Source of the DNA: Malacoraja senta
Taxonomy: Eukaryota
Direction: 5' to 3'
DNA: 64,000 nt
Assembly: GCA_038087875.1 (NCBI GenBank)
Contig: JAXLNO010005841.1
Span: 3,534,001 to 3,598,000, forward strand
Under the pieces are notes generated by a model, which did not search any database, was not told where the DNA came from, and worked only from the letters and a program-made list of their open reading frames with translations. The number at the start of each line of letters is the position of its first letter. Positions within the stretch are counted from its first letter, which is position 1. Positions 26,672-38,869 of this stretch are shown here, in pieces. Made by a program: the position numbers and the translations under genes.

Positions 26672-26793
26672 CAGAAGATTCCACCGAATCCACCCCATGC
26701 CTCCCACTGAACATTCACTCGTATGAACGGGATATCGGTCTGTCTGCTGGGATCCTGCTTAATATCGGTCTACTTCTTTATGGTTTACAGTAA
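26672..26793 (+). CDS. Candidate stalk plus hydrophobic anchor exon, copy 3
   Basis: Same acceptor; AEDSTESTPCLPLNIHSYERDIGLSAGILLNIGLLLYGLQ*. Confidence 0.5.
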
Positions 26794-27340
26794 GGAATAC
26801 CGACCAAAACGCAGAAGAGGCGCATGTTCCTCTGCTGTTTTTTCTTACGTGCAGCAGTTTCTTTAAATATTTTAAGTGGATAGATCAAGCAAGTGGCGGA
26901 ACGGTGGGGCGGCGGTAGAGTTGCAGAATCACAGCATCAGAGACCCTGGTTCGATCCTGACTACGGGCGCTTGTCTGTATGGAGTTTTACGTTCTTCCAG
27001 TGAACTGCGTGGGCTTTCTCCGGTAGCTCTGGTTTCCACCCACACTCCAAAGACGTACAGGTTTGTAGGTTAATTGGCTTGGTAAAATTGTAAATTGTCC
27101 CTTATGTGTGTTGGATAGTTTCAATGTGCGATTGCAGTTAGGGGTCGGTCGGGCTGTTGGCCGGACGGCCGACCGACCGGTGGGTGCTGTGAGGGGTCGG
27201 TCGGGCTGTCGGCCGGCCGGTGTGTGCAATGAGGGGTCGGTGGGCTGTCGGCCGGCAGGTGGGTGCAATGAGGCGTCGGTCGAGCTGTCGGCCGGCCGGT
27301 GGTTGCTGAGAGGGGTCGGTCGGTGTAGATTAACAATATG

Positions 27341-28377
27341 TAGCAATGTTACAAAATTTTGAGACTTAAAAAATAAAGTCTGCAATTTATCCCATCAGAT
27401 AAAATATAAAAAGAAGTTTAATTTGACACCTAATTCACTTTCATATCTTCAGTATTAAAAAGGTTATGGCCATTTTCATACTCGGAAATTAGCATCTTGT
27501 TCCCTATTGCTTTTCCATTGATTTAACACAAAAGCTGTGATCGAGGACAGTCAAAAGCACATAACTTTCTTAAAAATTAAGAGAACTGAAATAAATTTTC
27601 AGTTATTATAAATTGAAGCATTCAGAAACAAATATGAAACAATCTTACTTAGATGACATGAAAAGAAAGCATATAATTAGTTAGTTACCTAATTGTAGCT
27701 AATTACAAAATTCAATTACTAGATCTAAATATCTATCAATTTCTTAAGAATAGATTAACATTTATAAATAGCCTAAGTGTCCAAATAACATTCACACAAG
27801 AATTCACAATATAACATAATTTTTAAATTTCATTGTCATGGATTTACAGGCCAAATGGAAGGAATTGAATGTTTAATACCTGTAAATTAATGGTCATTTA
27901 AATCATTTTACGAGTGAGGTTTTCTGGAACACGATCATTTGGAACGTTGATTTGCGGTGAATTTAACCCCATATCGGCATGAAAAATTCTGCCGTTAGTT
28001 GGGGGAAAAGAATCACCGTTTCGCATTTTAAAAAAAATGAATTAAAGGCTTCTTAAGAAGCACTTTTATACATTAAAATAAACTACTTTCCTTTACCTGC
28101 CCCGTGTGCGAAAATCGTCCCCGTTGTCGGCGTTGTTTCGAAGCTGATTTTAAAATAACTCCAGCGCTGACATTGTCCATTTAATAAAAATAAAAAATAC
28201 ACAAAACGCCCGTAGGAACGATTTTTCAGCAAACGCTTGTACTCCAACGAAATATAATACAGGACAAGGTAGGAGAAACCCGCGTTTTAACCCCCCCCCC
28301 TCAAAGGCGCCAAAATCGCGCACACGGCCAGTGGCAGAATTGCAGCGCCGCTGACGGTAAGTATTGTAACATACCTA
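27341..28377. mobile_element. Non-autonomous TIR DNA transposon (~1.04 kb); truncated left halves in array units 1 and 2
   Basis: Left end TAGCAATGTTACAAAA versus reverse complement of the right end TAGGTATGTTACAATA; flanking 7-bp repeat CTATATG (CAATATG in this copy, CTATATG in units 1-2). Confidence 0.7.
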
Positions 28378-29589
28378 CTATATGAACCTACCTTTCCTAT
28401 ATCTATCACCACACGTATTATGCATGCTGCACATTGCATATGTAGACCAGTCCGGATCTTCATCCCTATCATGGTTCTTCACCATCTCACGGTAAGACTT
28501 GATGCTGACTACGGAGACGATAGCACGTAATGATTCCTCCGCTTGTGTTACAATAAAGGTCTATGAGTTGTTACTCCTCTGTATGGGACTCATTACACAA
28601 TAGTCGGCCTGTCGGCCGGCCGGTGGGTTCTGTAAGGGATCCGTCGGGCTGTCGGCCGACCGGTGGTGCAGCGACGAGCGGGCGGACTGATGGAGCTTGC
28701 GCTATGGGGGTGCTGAATGCGGCCCTGGACCGAGCTGAGCAGCAGGGCGGAAGAGAGTGTGTCAGTCAGTCCGTCGGGCAGATGGCCGGCCGGTGGGTGC
28801 TGTGTGGGATCCGTCGGGCTGGTGAGATGATGGTTCCGTAGATTCATAACACCTGTGAAGAAACTGTCCCTGAATCTGGATGTTTGCGTTTTCTAACATG
28901 TGTATCTCTTGTCTGATGGAAATGAATTGTGTGATACCGGTCCACGATTAAGCTGGTGACCATGCCGATGCAGCGTGAAATGTAGCTGGAGTCGATTGAA
29001 GGGAGTTTGTTTGGCGTGATGGTCAGGGCTACGTCCACAATTCTCTGCATTTCCTAGCAGTCTTGGATGCAGCTGTTCCTCAAACATTTTGCGATGCACA
29101 CCGAGAAGTTGCTTTCTACGGCGCATCTGTGTGTGTTTTAGTGGTATGATGGGAACATGCAGAACTTACTAAACCTTCTATAACAAAATAGTGGCGATGT
29201 TATGATTTATTGGGCATTACTTCGTTGTGGCTGGTCCAAGACAAATTGCTGGTAATATTTAATCCTAACAATTTTTATTCTCAATTCATTTTACTTTATT
29301 GTCAAGTGTGCCACGGCACAGTGAAAATATTGTCTTGCGTGCTATCCCGTCATCATAAACTCAATACATGATTACATGCGAGTCATTTAGTTTGTATATA
29401 CATGATAAGGGGATAATGTTTAGTGCATGGTTAAGCCAGCAAAGCCCGATAAAGAATAGTACGAGGGACACCAAAGAGGTAGGTAGCAGTTCAGTACTTC
29501 TCTCTCTTTGTGGGGGATAATTCAGTTTTCTGAGAACAGCTGGGAAGAACTTGTCCCTGAATCTGTAAGTGTGCGTTTGCACACTTCTT

Positions 29590-31400
29590 TATGTTTTGCC
29601 TCATGAGAATGGCGGACGAGGAAGTGGCCAGAGTGCGACTCGTTCTTGATTATGTTGCTGGTCTTGCCGCGGAAGCGTGGGTATAAATGGAGTCAATCGA
29701 AGGGAGGTTGGTTTGTGTGATGGTCTGGGCTGCGCCCACAATTCTCTGTATTGTTTTGCGGTCTTGGGTTCCCAAACCGTAGTGATATATCGTGATACAA
29801 TGATGTCTATGTTGCACATGTAGAAATTGTTGAGAGTTGTTGGGGACATGCCGAATTTCCGATGCCTTCTAAGGAATTAGATGCGTTTGGTGTGCTTTCT
29901 TGGTCGTTGCTTCAATATGGGTGGTCCAGGAGAATTTGTTGGTGATATTCACTCCTTGGTATTTGAAGTGTTCATTCATGTCTACGTCGGCACCGTCAAT
30001 GTAATCTGGGGTACTTCTTTACTTCCTGAAGGTCCTAATCTCATTTGTCTTGCTGACATAGAGAGAAAGGGTGTTGTCTCGACACCAGGACGCGAGGTTC
30101 TCAGTCTCCTTCCTGTACTATGTCGCATCATTATTTGATATCCTGCCCACAATGGTGGTGTCGGCCGCGAAATTGAAAATTGAATTAGATTTGTACATGG
30201 ATGCACAATCATGGGTGTACGAGGAGTAAAGAAGGGGGCTCAGAAACCATCCTTGCGGAGTGCCCGGGTTGATGATTGTCGAAGAGGATGGTTTTCGCTC
30301 GATCTTTCCTCATTGGGGTCTGTTGGTCAGGAAGTCGAGGGTCCAGTTGCAGAGAACAGGGCTGACATCAAATCTTCCGAGTTTGGCGATAGCCTTGGAT
30401 GGTATAATGGTATTAAAGGCAGAGGCACAGTGTGTGAATACATGTCTGGATTAGGTATCGCTCTTATCCAGGTGTTATAGGGATGAGTGTCGGGCTAGAG
30501 CGGTGATATCGTCCATGGACATATTGTGGCGGTAGGCGAACTGCAGTGGGTCAAGGCCGCTGGAAAGACTAGATTTAAGGCGTTCCAGAACTAGCTTCTC
30601 AAAACATTTCACTATGATAAATGTCAAGGTCACTGGAGGGTAGTCGTTTAGGCATGAGATTTAGCTTTTCTTCAGCATTGTTATCATGGTGGTCTTCTTG
30701 AAGCAGGTGGGTAGTGAGAACGGTGATGGGAGAGATGAAAGATGTCCGCTGGGTGGTTCGCAGTGTTACTAAGTACACGGCCAGGAAACACTTCTGGGCC
30801 AGTTGCTTTTCGTGGGTTTACCCTCAGGAAGGCCGATCGAACGCCTGCTACAATCATTCTGGGGAGGGGCACATTGTAGTCTAACGTGTCAGGTGATCAC
30901 TTGGCCTTCTGCTCGAAGCGAGCATAGAAAGCTTAGGGTCGCACTATCGCCAATGATGATACCTGACCTTGCATTGCAGCCAATTATCATATTCAGACCT
31001 TGCCACATTATCCGTGTGTCCGAGTGATTACACTAGGACTCAGGTTTGTCCCGGTATTGTCTCTTGGCATCGTTGATGGCTATGCGGAGATCAAAGCGGG
31101 CCTTCATGTCCAGCTCGGGATCCTTTGACTTTTTCGCAGAAAACCGGACCTTAACCTGTGAATGTACCTCACGATCGGCACAAGAAGCTGAGGTTACTCA
31201 GCGGGTCAGACAGCACCCCTGGGGAAAAGGAATAAGCGACGTTTCATGTCCAGACCTTTCTTCGGACCTCGCGGTTCATCCGTGGTTTCCGGATGGGGAA
31301 GACTTTTATTTACTTCGACGGCGCACAGCCGCGCACGCACTCGCTGGTGAAATCAGTCACGGCATTATTGTACTCATTCTGGTTCGCTGCGGAATCCCTG
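29590..31400 (-). mobile_element. Rex1/Babar-like non-LTR retrotransposon, decayed
   Basis: RVNPRKATGP..PGRVL..PADIF and downstream RT-like remnants with many frameshifts. Confidence 0.65.
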
Positions 31401-32295
31401 AATATGAACCTGGGGAACTTAGATGGAGATAGGGTGAACTTTAAATTTTCGATCATATGTACTTCGCCGCCATAAATGTATACCGTGATCGCGGTGTCTG
31501 TATTTCATTGCTTCCTGAAGTCAATCACAATATCCTTTGTCTTTGGTGACGTTGAGTGAAGGGTTGTTGGCTGTGCACCAGGTTACGATGTTCCCAATCT
31601 ATCTCTGCATGGTTTGATTGCACTCATGTGTGGTCTCTTTAATATAGTTTAGTTTAAGGATACAGCGCGGATACAGGCCCTTCGGCTCACCGAGTCGGCA
31701 CCGATCATCAATCCTCGCACAATAAAACAAGTCTACGCACACGAGGGACAATTCTAAACTCATACCAAGTAAAAAAAAAGCAATCAAATTAACCTGCAAA
31801 CCTGTAAGTCTTTGGAGTGTGTGAGGAAACCGAAGATCCGGGAGAAAACCCTCCAGGTCATGGGAAGAACGTGCAAACTCCGTACAGACAGCACCCGGAG
31901 TCAGGATGGAACCCAGGTCCCTGTCCCTGCGGCAACTCTACCGATGCGCCACCGTGCCGCAACTCTACAAGGATAGGACGCAAACAAATGTATCTCTGTA
32001 TCTCGGCACACGCGACAGCAATAGCTAATATGAATGTATTGATAAGTTTATTGGCTAAGTATTCACATACAAGGAACTTGCCTTGTTGCTCCGCCCACAA
32101 GTGACAACATGACATACAGTGAAAGTTAAGAATGAAACATCAATAATAAAACATTATTGATTAAACATGTGAAGTAAATCAAATACCAGAGCGAAAGGAG
32201 GCAACAGATTTTTGGTTATTGAGTAGAGTTACTACTCGTGGAAAAAAACTGTTTATATGTCTGGCTGTGACAGCTTTGATAGTCCGGAGTCGCTC

Positions 32296-33282
32296 CTAAG
32301 CCTGGCCGCCCATGCTTGCAGGCGGAATTACTCCATCGTCAGCCAGCAGGGAAGTGTTCCATTTGCAACATAATTTGTGTAGCGCATCGCGAAGCTTGCA
32401 TACACCGAACACGATGACCATGGGATTCAAAACTGCGTAGCAGAAGGCATCGTAAAGATACGAAAACTCAAACAACTTCTCCATCATAAATGAACATTGC
32501 GATGATTGGGATATCGCACACAACAAAAATATAATTCTCGCAAAGATAAAGGCAAGAAAAAGCAGATAAAGTGAAACAACCATTGCTATTATGCGCAAGT
32601 GATGATCCCCCTTCTTGGGACGTTTAACGTTGGCGGCGAGCTGCTGAGACGATCGCCGATGTCTCCATAAGACGGAGATGAGGTAAATACAAGAAGTGGA
32701 CATCACTAGAGCGGGGAGCGCAGTTGCAAGGATTAGGCTCATGTATATGTTTAATTCTTCAGTTGCTTCGGGGTTCATTTCCTGCGACCCGTTTGTCCAT
32801 CCAAAATGATAAGATCCGTTCTGGTAATGGCAGGTTAACGCTGCATTGTCGATGTAGCAATTCAACGCTCCCAGAGCGCAGCTGAACAACGCCGTCGCAC
32901 CGACCCAGAGGAAAACCTTGCCGCTGATCACTTGGGCTAGTTTCTTGGCGTTGGGCCGATGGACACTAACGATTTTCAGGCAGTAGAAGAAACAGAGGAG
33001 AGCGCTGACCCAAAAGCTGAGGGAATGGGAGAGCGCGAGGAAGGACATGGCGACCTTTTGCTGGATCTCGCAGTAGTTGTGAATGAAGTCCACGACCATT
33101 GTGAACACCGCCACGAGGATGGTGGAAACATTGGCGACGGCCAGAGCGCTGACGATGACCTCCGCGGGAGGCGCGCTGACTTGACCTAACCCTCGCCACG
33201 AAGTCAGGAGGATGAAGACGTTGGTAATCAATCCGAAAATGCTGAAGAATCCGACAACAGCTGACTTCACCCACAATTCCAT
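32296..33282 (-). CDS. TAS2R: Taste receptor type 2 (bitter receptor, TAS2R/T2R family), intact, 328 aa, single coding exon
   Basis: Seven hydrophobic segments with T2R signatures: GLITNVFI (TM1), SLSFWVSALLCFFYCLKI (TM3), ECL2 NGS sequons, LISVLWRH (TM5), FGVCKLRDAL (TM7/H8). The symbol is family-level only. Confidence 0.92.
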   Translation of the reverse strand: MELWVKSAVVGFFSIFGLITNVFILLTSWRGLGQVSAPPAEVIVSALAVANVSTILVAVFTMVVDFIHNYCEIQQKVAMSFLALSHSLSFWVSALLCFFYCLKIVSVHRPNAKKLAQVISGKVFLWVGATALFSCALGALNCYIDNAALTCHYQNGSYHFGWTNGSQEMNPEATEELNIYMSLILATALPALVMSTSCIYLISVLWRHRRSSQQLAANVKRPKKGDHHLRIIAMVVSLYLLFLAFIFARIIFLLCAISQSSQCSFMMEKLFEFSYLYDAFCYAVLNPMVIVFGVCKLRDALHKLCCKWNTSLLADDGVIPPASMGGQA

Positions 33283-33549
33283 TTTCCTGTAGAAATAAAT
33301 TTAACCAAGGCTATAATAGATAGTTGCGTGCCCAGAAAATCTCACGTTATTGAAAACCACATTGCAAAAACAATTGTGTCTGTTTGAAATATTTGTTAAC
33401 AGCTCGAAATATTAAGACTAGCAATATCAAAGTTATAATTCTTGCAGGATTTCGAAATGCGAAGGACATTTTAATAGCCATAATTTTATGGTTATTACTG
33501 CGTTCTCACAATGCCTAATGCTAGGTTACATCGTTTAATAGAGTATCGT

Positions 33550-33970
33550 TGCGCAAATGTCCCTAAACAAATCCTGTACTCTCAATTGAAGGAAGGTCAG
33601 CGAGCCCCCTGCAGGCCAAAGAAACGCTTCAAGGACAACATCAAGAACAGTCTGAAGAAATTCCAAACCACATCGAGCAACTGGGAGCACATTGCACTGG
33701 ACAGGCGCTCCTGTAGGAAATCCGTGCTGGAAGGAGCTGCACGTCATGAAATGGAACTACGCCGTGTCGCAAAGACAAAGCGACAGCACCGTAAGGACAG
33801 AGAGAAGGGGCATCAACGACTACCAACCACCGCCAGTCTCCACTGTCCACGTTGCACCGTGTGTGGATTGCGGATCGGCCTCTGCAGGCATCTGCAGACC
33901 CTCAAGTAGACGACACTATGGAGGGGAGAGGACAGTCATGCTCGTTTAGAATGATCGCCGATGATGTGCA
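33550..33970 (+). mobile_element. RTE-clade LINE 3' end
   Basis: PKQILYSQLKEGQR..RPKKRFKD..WE..ALDR..C..C..GL..H. Confidence 0.85.
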
Positions 33971-36900
33971 AGTGTCAATCGAACTGATTGACAATCGGTT
34001 TGAAACTGACAACTTTGCTGTAAGGAAACACAGGTGTCAGATTACTGCGACACGGTTACATGCTGACATTTATCGCAGTGGATTGTTTTTCCTCAAGACA
34101 GCTGTTCTTCTGCTTGCCAGTTTCACAAGTAGCTTTTTCGTGGAATTCTCGTTCCGATGGAATTCACGTTTAAACAAATTTAGTCTACAGTATAAAAATA
34201 GGAATCTAATTAAAACACAACATGCGGGCTTAAATCAGCGGTTCAGGCCGCAGCTGTGAAAGTTAAGATTGTAGCAGTGTAAGGAGACAGAAAAGTGAAT
34301 GGGGGCGGGTGGATTCTGGTAAGGGACATAGAGACAAAATGCTGGAGTAACTCAGCAGGTCAGGCAGCAACTTTGGAAATAATAAATATGTGACGTTTGG
34401 GGTCGAGATCCTTTTTCATAACTTGGTAAGGGATGTTAATTGGCAGGTGGGTGGAGAAGGACAGAGATTAAAATGAGACAAAGGCAGGGAGAGAGGAGGA
34501 GCACAATGTGTAGCCGAGAGGGGGGGGGGGTGGGGTCCGTACGTGTGTAATGTGACCGCGTGGGGGAGGTGGAGGGGTGGGCAGGGGGGGGGGTAGGCTT
34601 GGGAGGGCAGGATATTTGTAGAATGGTTGCGCATGGGCGACATTGTTCAAACGATTGGGCTGGAAGAAAACCATGCGCAACCATGCTTTTATCTAGTCTG
34701 CGTGTGGCCTCACTCTGGCAATGGAGGAGATCCCTAATTCATCGATAGTGGCGTTACAGAAATAAGCGTTATAGCATATTCAGGCAGATTTGTACGTGAT
34801 GGTAGGTCAGAGAGAGTCGTCGAATTTCCCAGAGTCAGCGGGCATAGTTTCAGAATCCTGCCAAGTCCATCTGGGAAGGCGATTGGGGAGAGATTTAATG
34901 ACCACGTTTTAATCAGGGGACGTGCATGGTAATTTTACCGTTCAGTTTCAGTTCACGTACAGTTTAAGTTTATGGCCATGCGCAGAGAGGTAGAGCAAAA
35001 AAGCTTTTATTGCGTGCTAACCAGTCAGCGGACAGACAATACATGATTACAATCGAGCCTTTTACAGTGTATAGATATATAAGAGAATACCATTTAGTGA
35101 ACGGAAAAGCCAGTGAAGTCCGATCAAAGATAGTCCGAGGGTCAACAATGAAGTAGATATAACAGTTCAGGAGTGCTCTCTAGTTGCGGTAGGGTGATTC
35201 AGTTGCCTGATAACAGCTGGGAAGAAACTGTTCCTGAATCGGGAGGTGTATGTTTTCACGCATCTACATCTTTTGAATTATGGGCGAGGGGAGAAGAGGG
35301 AGTGACCAGGATGCGACTCGTCCGTGATAATGTTGCCGAGGCAGCGTGAGGTATAGATGGAGTGAATGTAATGGAGGTTGGTTTGTGTAATGGCCTGGGC
35401 TACGTCCAAAATGCTCTGCAATTACCTGCGGTCTTAGGTGGAGCTGTTTTTCCCAAGCTGTAAGGCATCGGGATAAAATATTTTTTGTTTAATGACACAC
35501 AAATCTAGGATTTCACGATATTGAGATCCGGGGACCGTGGGTAAAAATTTGGCACAAGTATCAAATATGTTCAAAGGCAGCACAATGTCGCGGCAGGGAG
35601 GGCGACTACAACAGAGCGCGGTTCGAACCTGACGCCGGCCACGTTCTTTCCGGAGTTTACATGTTCTCCCCGTGACTACGCGGAGATCTTCCGGGTGCTC
35701 CTGTTTCCTCCTACATTCCAAAAAGTCCCGCAGTTAATTGGGGTTAATTTGACCTCCATAAATTACCACGAGCGTGTGAGCCGAAACGGAATTAGGCCAC
35801 TCGTCAGAGAAGTTATAGGAAAATGAAGTGGAAGTGATTATTTATATGAGGTTCACTCTAAGTCACCATGGACACGTTGGACAGAATGGCCTCTTTCCAC
35901 GTTGTACATTAATATGAATGAAGGGAAGCAAGATGACCAGCACATTTTATTTGTTCTTATAAAGAAACTAATCGCATCCTTCATGATTGTGTACACTTTT
36001 GTAGATCACCCCTCAGCCTCCGGCGCACCAAATAATAATGTCAAGCCTGCCCAATCTCTCTCTGTAGCTCAGGCCCCCGGGTCCTGGCAACACTCTCGTA
36101 AATCGTCTCTGTAGCCTTTCCAGATTAATACTTATTTGGAATTGATTGTTTTCGCAGAACGGCCTTCTGTTTCCTATAAAGACTAATAATGGTGATAGAC
36201 AAAGCAAGCGCCAATAAAATAGATCAATAGATCCATGACGAGATTTCCCATTGTGCCCGCACGTTCTCCACAACTTCATCCTAACACTTCCACGCGAACA
36301 CTCCTTTATTAAAACGTTCAGTTTGACTTCCATGGGATCTAGTTATTTTTCAATTTTCTGTTTAACTTCCGGACAACGAATGCTGTTCAGTCGAAGTTAA
36401 TCTATTTCCCCCAACATTTATGAGACGAACTATCAGCATGACAACATTATTGAAACGAAAAACGAAAGTTTAAGCAGATAATATGAAATGCAATGTTTAC
36501 CTCAATCTGGAGATTCCCAGTTATTACATTATAAACGATGTGCTTTTCCGCAATCAATCAATTGAGCCGACTATATTACGGAGGTTAACAGCAGCAGCAT
36601 TTATATGACGACTTCAAACCTAATACGCACAGTTGCTAAGGAAGCGATAATTTGAATATTTCTGGAACAGTCGTCATTTGAGCAGTCAAATTATACATGG
36701 AGTTGAACCTTGCAGAATATTTGCTTGTTTATGACCGTGATATCGTCTTGTTTACTGAAGCTGGAATATTTCCTTACACTTCACTGTTGATAGGAAGGGA
36801 ATGCATTCGTACAATAGTTCCAGGATACATTTTCTTCAACAGGTCTTTATTGATCATCTACTTCTTCTTTCGTGTGGCGTGCACAGCCTAAAGTTGTTGG

Positions 36901-38869
36901 ACAACTGGTTCTATTTGATCTTCCGTGTTTGTGCACGTCGAGTTGATTGCATTAGTCGAAACAGGGCGGACCACGTGAAGTTTGCAATCTTCCACCCCTT
37001 TATTGATCATAAGATCATACGACATATGAGCGGAATTAGACAATTCGGACCATCGAGTAAACTCCGCAATTCGATCATGGCATATCTATTTTTTCCTCGC
37101 AACCCCATTCTCAAGCGTTCTCCTCATAAACTTTAGTACCCTTACTTTTCAAGAATCTGTCAAACTCCGTCATAAACATACTGAATTACTTGGCCTCCAC
37201 AGGCGTCTGTGGGAAGACATCCCACAGATTATTCTCCTACTGGATGAATAAATTCCTCCTCATCTCCATTTAAAATATACACAATTTTATTCTGAGGCTG
37301 TGGCCTGTAGTCCTCGACTCTCCCAATACTGCAATCATCCTCTCCACGTCCATCCCCTCCTCTGTCGCAGCCTGTCTTTATTCGATACATTTCTATGAGA
37401 TCCTCCCTCATCCTTCTAAAACTACAGAGAGTTCGGGCACAGAGCCACCTGTTCGATTTATCTAGGTATTATAGCAATAGACAAATGGAAGCTCAAGATG
37501 AAACTGGTAGATTGAATTTAGGTATTCTGGATGGAGGTAAGGCATTTGTAGTTTCAAAAGGCATCGGATGAGATTTTAACAACACATTCAATGAAATGAC
37601 TTACCGTTTCCTTAACTCGCATTCGAATTATCTTTTTTGAAGTTTGTCCATCTGCCCTTCCGTAATGCTATCATTTGTTTCATATTTCAATTCTATGTCG
37701 TGCAATAACGAGGAAATTTTTGATGTATACAAATCAATGAGATTGTTCAGACAAATGCTCCTGAATGCAAGGGATACTTTATGATCCACTTCATCTTTCC
37801 GATTACCCTATTGATCTATTTCATTGGCGCTTGCTTTGTCTATCACCATTATTAGTCTTTATATATATAATATTTCCGCCGAAGGTCACATCAGCATTAC
37901 TGTTTGCTTATTTCAACAGATTAATCTCTTTCCAGTTGTTCATTTGAATTAAGGTAACTTTTACTGACGACCTTAATTATTTGCATGGGATTGGGCTGTT
38001 TATAAAATGTGCTTACTCCGGATATTTGCTCAGAAATTACTGCCAGAATACCAGCAGGTGTGTTTGAACCTTCTGGTTGTCTTCATAAATCTTCATACGG
38101 CATATTTGTCCAAGGTGAGGGATAACCACAACAATTTTGGTTCAATTGCTGAGGGGAGATTCGAGTCTTGTTAGCTATCGCGTATGAACAAGTTAAGTTA
38201 AATCTATAAGCCAGCAGGTACCACAGGCAGCGAAGAAAGCAAATGGCATGTTGGTGCAAAGAGTGTGAGTGAGAGAGACAGACAGAGACAGAGACAGAGA
38301 GAGTGAGAGAGACTGAGAGAAGAGGGAGAGAGAGATAGAGAGAGAGCGAGAGAGAGATAGAGAGAGAGAGACAGAGACAGACATAGATAGAAAGGGAGAG
38401 AGGGAGAGAAANNNNNNNNNNNNNNNNNNNNNNNNNNNNNNNNNNNNNNNNNNNNNNNNNNNNNNNNNNNNNNNNNNNNNNNNNNNNNNNNNNNNNNNNN
38501 NNNNNNNNNNNNNNNNNNNNNNNNNNNNNNNNNNNNNNNNNNNNNNNNNNNNNNNNNNNNNNNNNNNNNNNNNNNNNNNNNNNNNNNNNNNNNNNNNNNN
38601 NNNNNNNNNNNNNNNNNNNNNNNNNNNNNNNNNNNNNNNNNNNNNNNNNNNNNNNNNNNNNNNNNNNNNNNNNNNNNNNNNNNNNNNNNNNNNNNNNNNN
38701 NNNNNNNNNNNNNNNNNNNNNNNNNNNNNNNTGAGAGGGAGAGTCGGTTGAGCGGTGGGAGGGAGTGGGGAGTCCGTAGAGGTAGGGACGGGAGGACGAT
38801 AGAGGGAGAGGACGAGAGGATGTGTGGGTGGGAGATGGGAGCAGAGGTACAGAGGATGGAGAAGAAAGG

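Larger units (their letters stand above)
19243..27689. repeat. Tandem array of about 2.5-3 units (periods 3160 and 3463 bp)
   Basis: AAATATCGATGTCCTGCAGC recurs at 19601, 22761 and 26224; near-identical ORF translations recur in the ORF track; 19243-19600 matches ~24234-24597. Confidence 0.95.
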
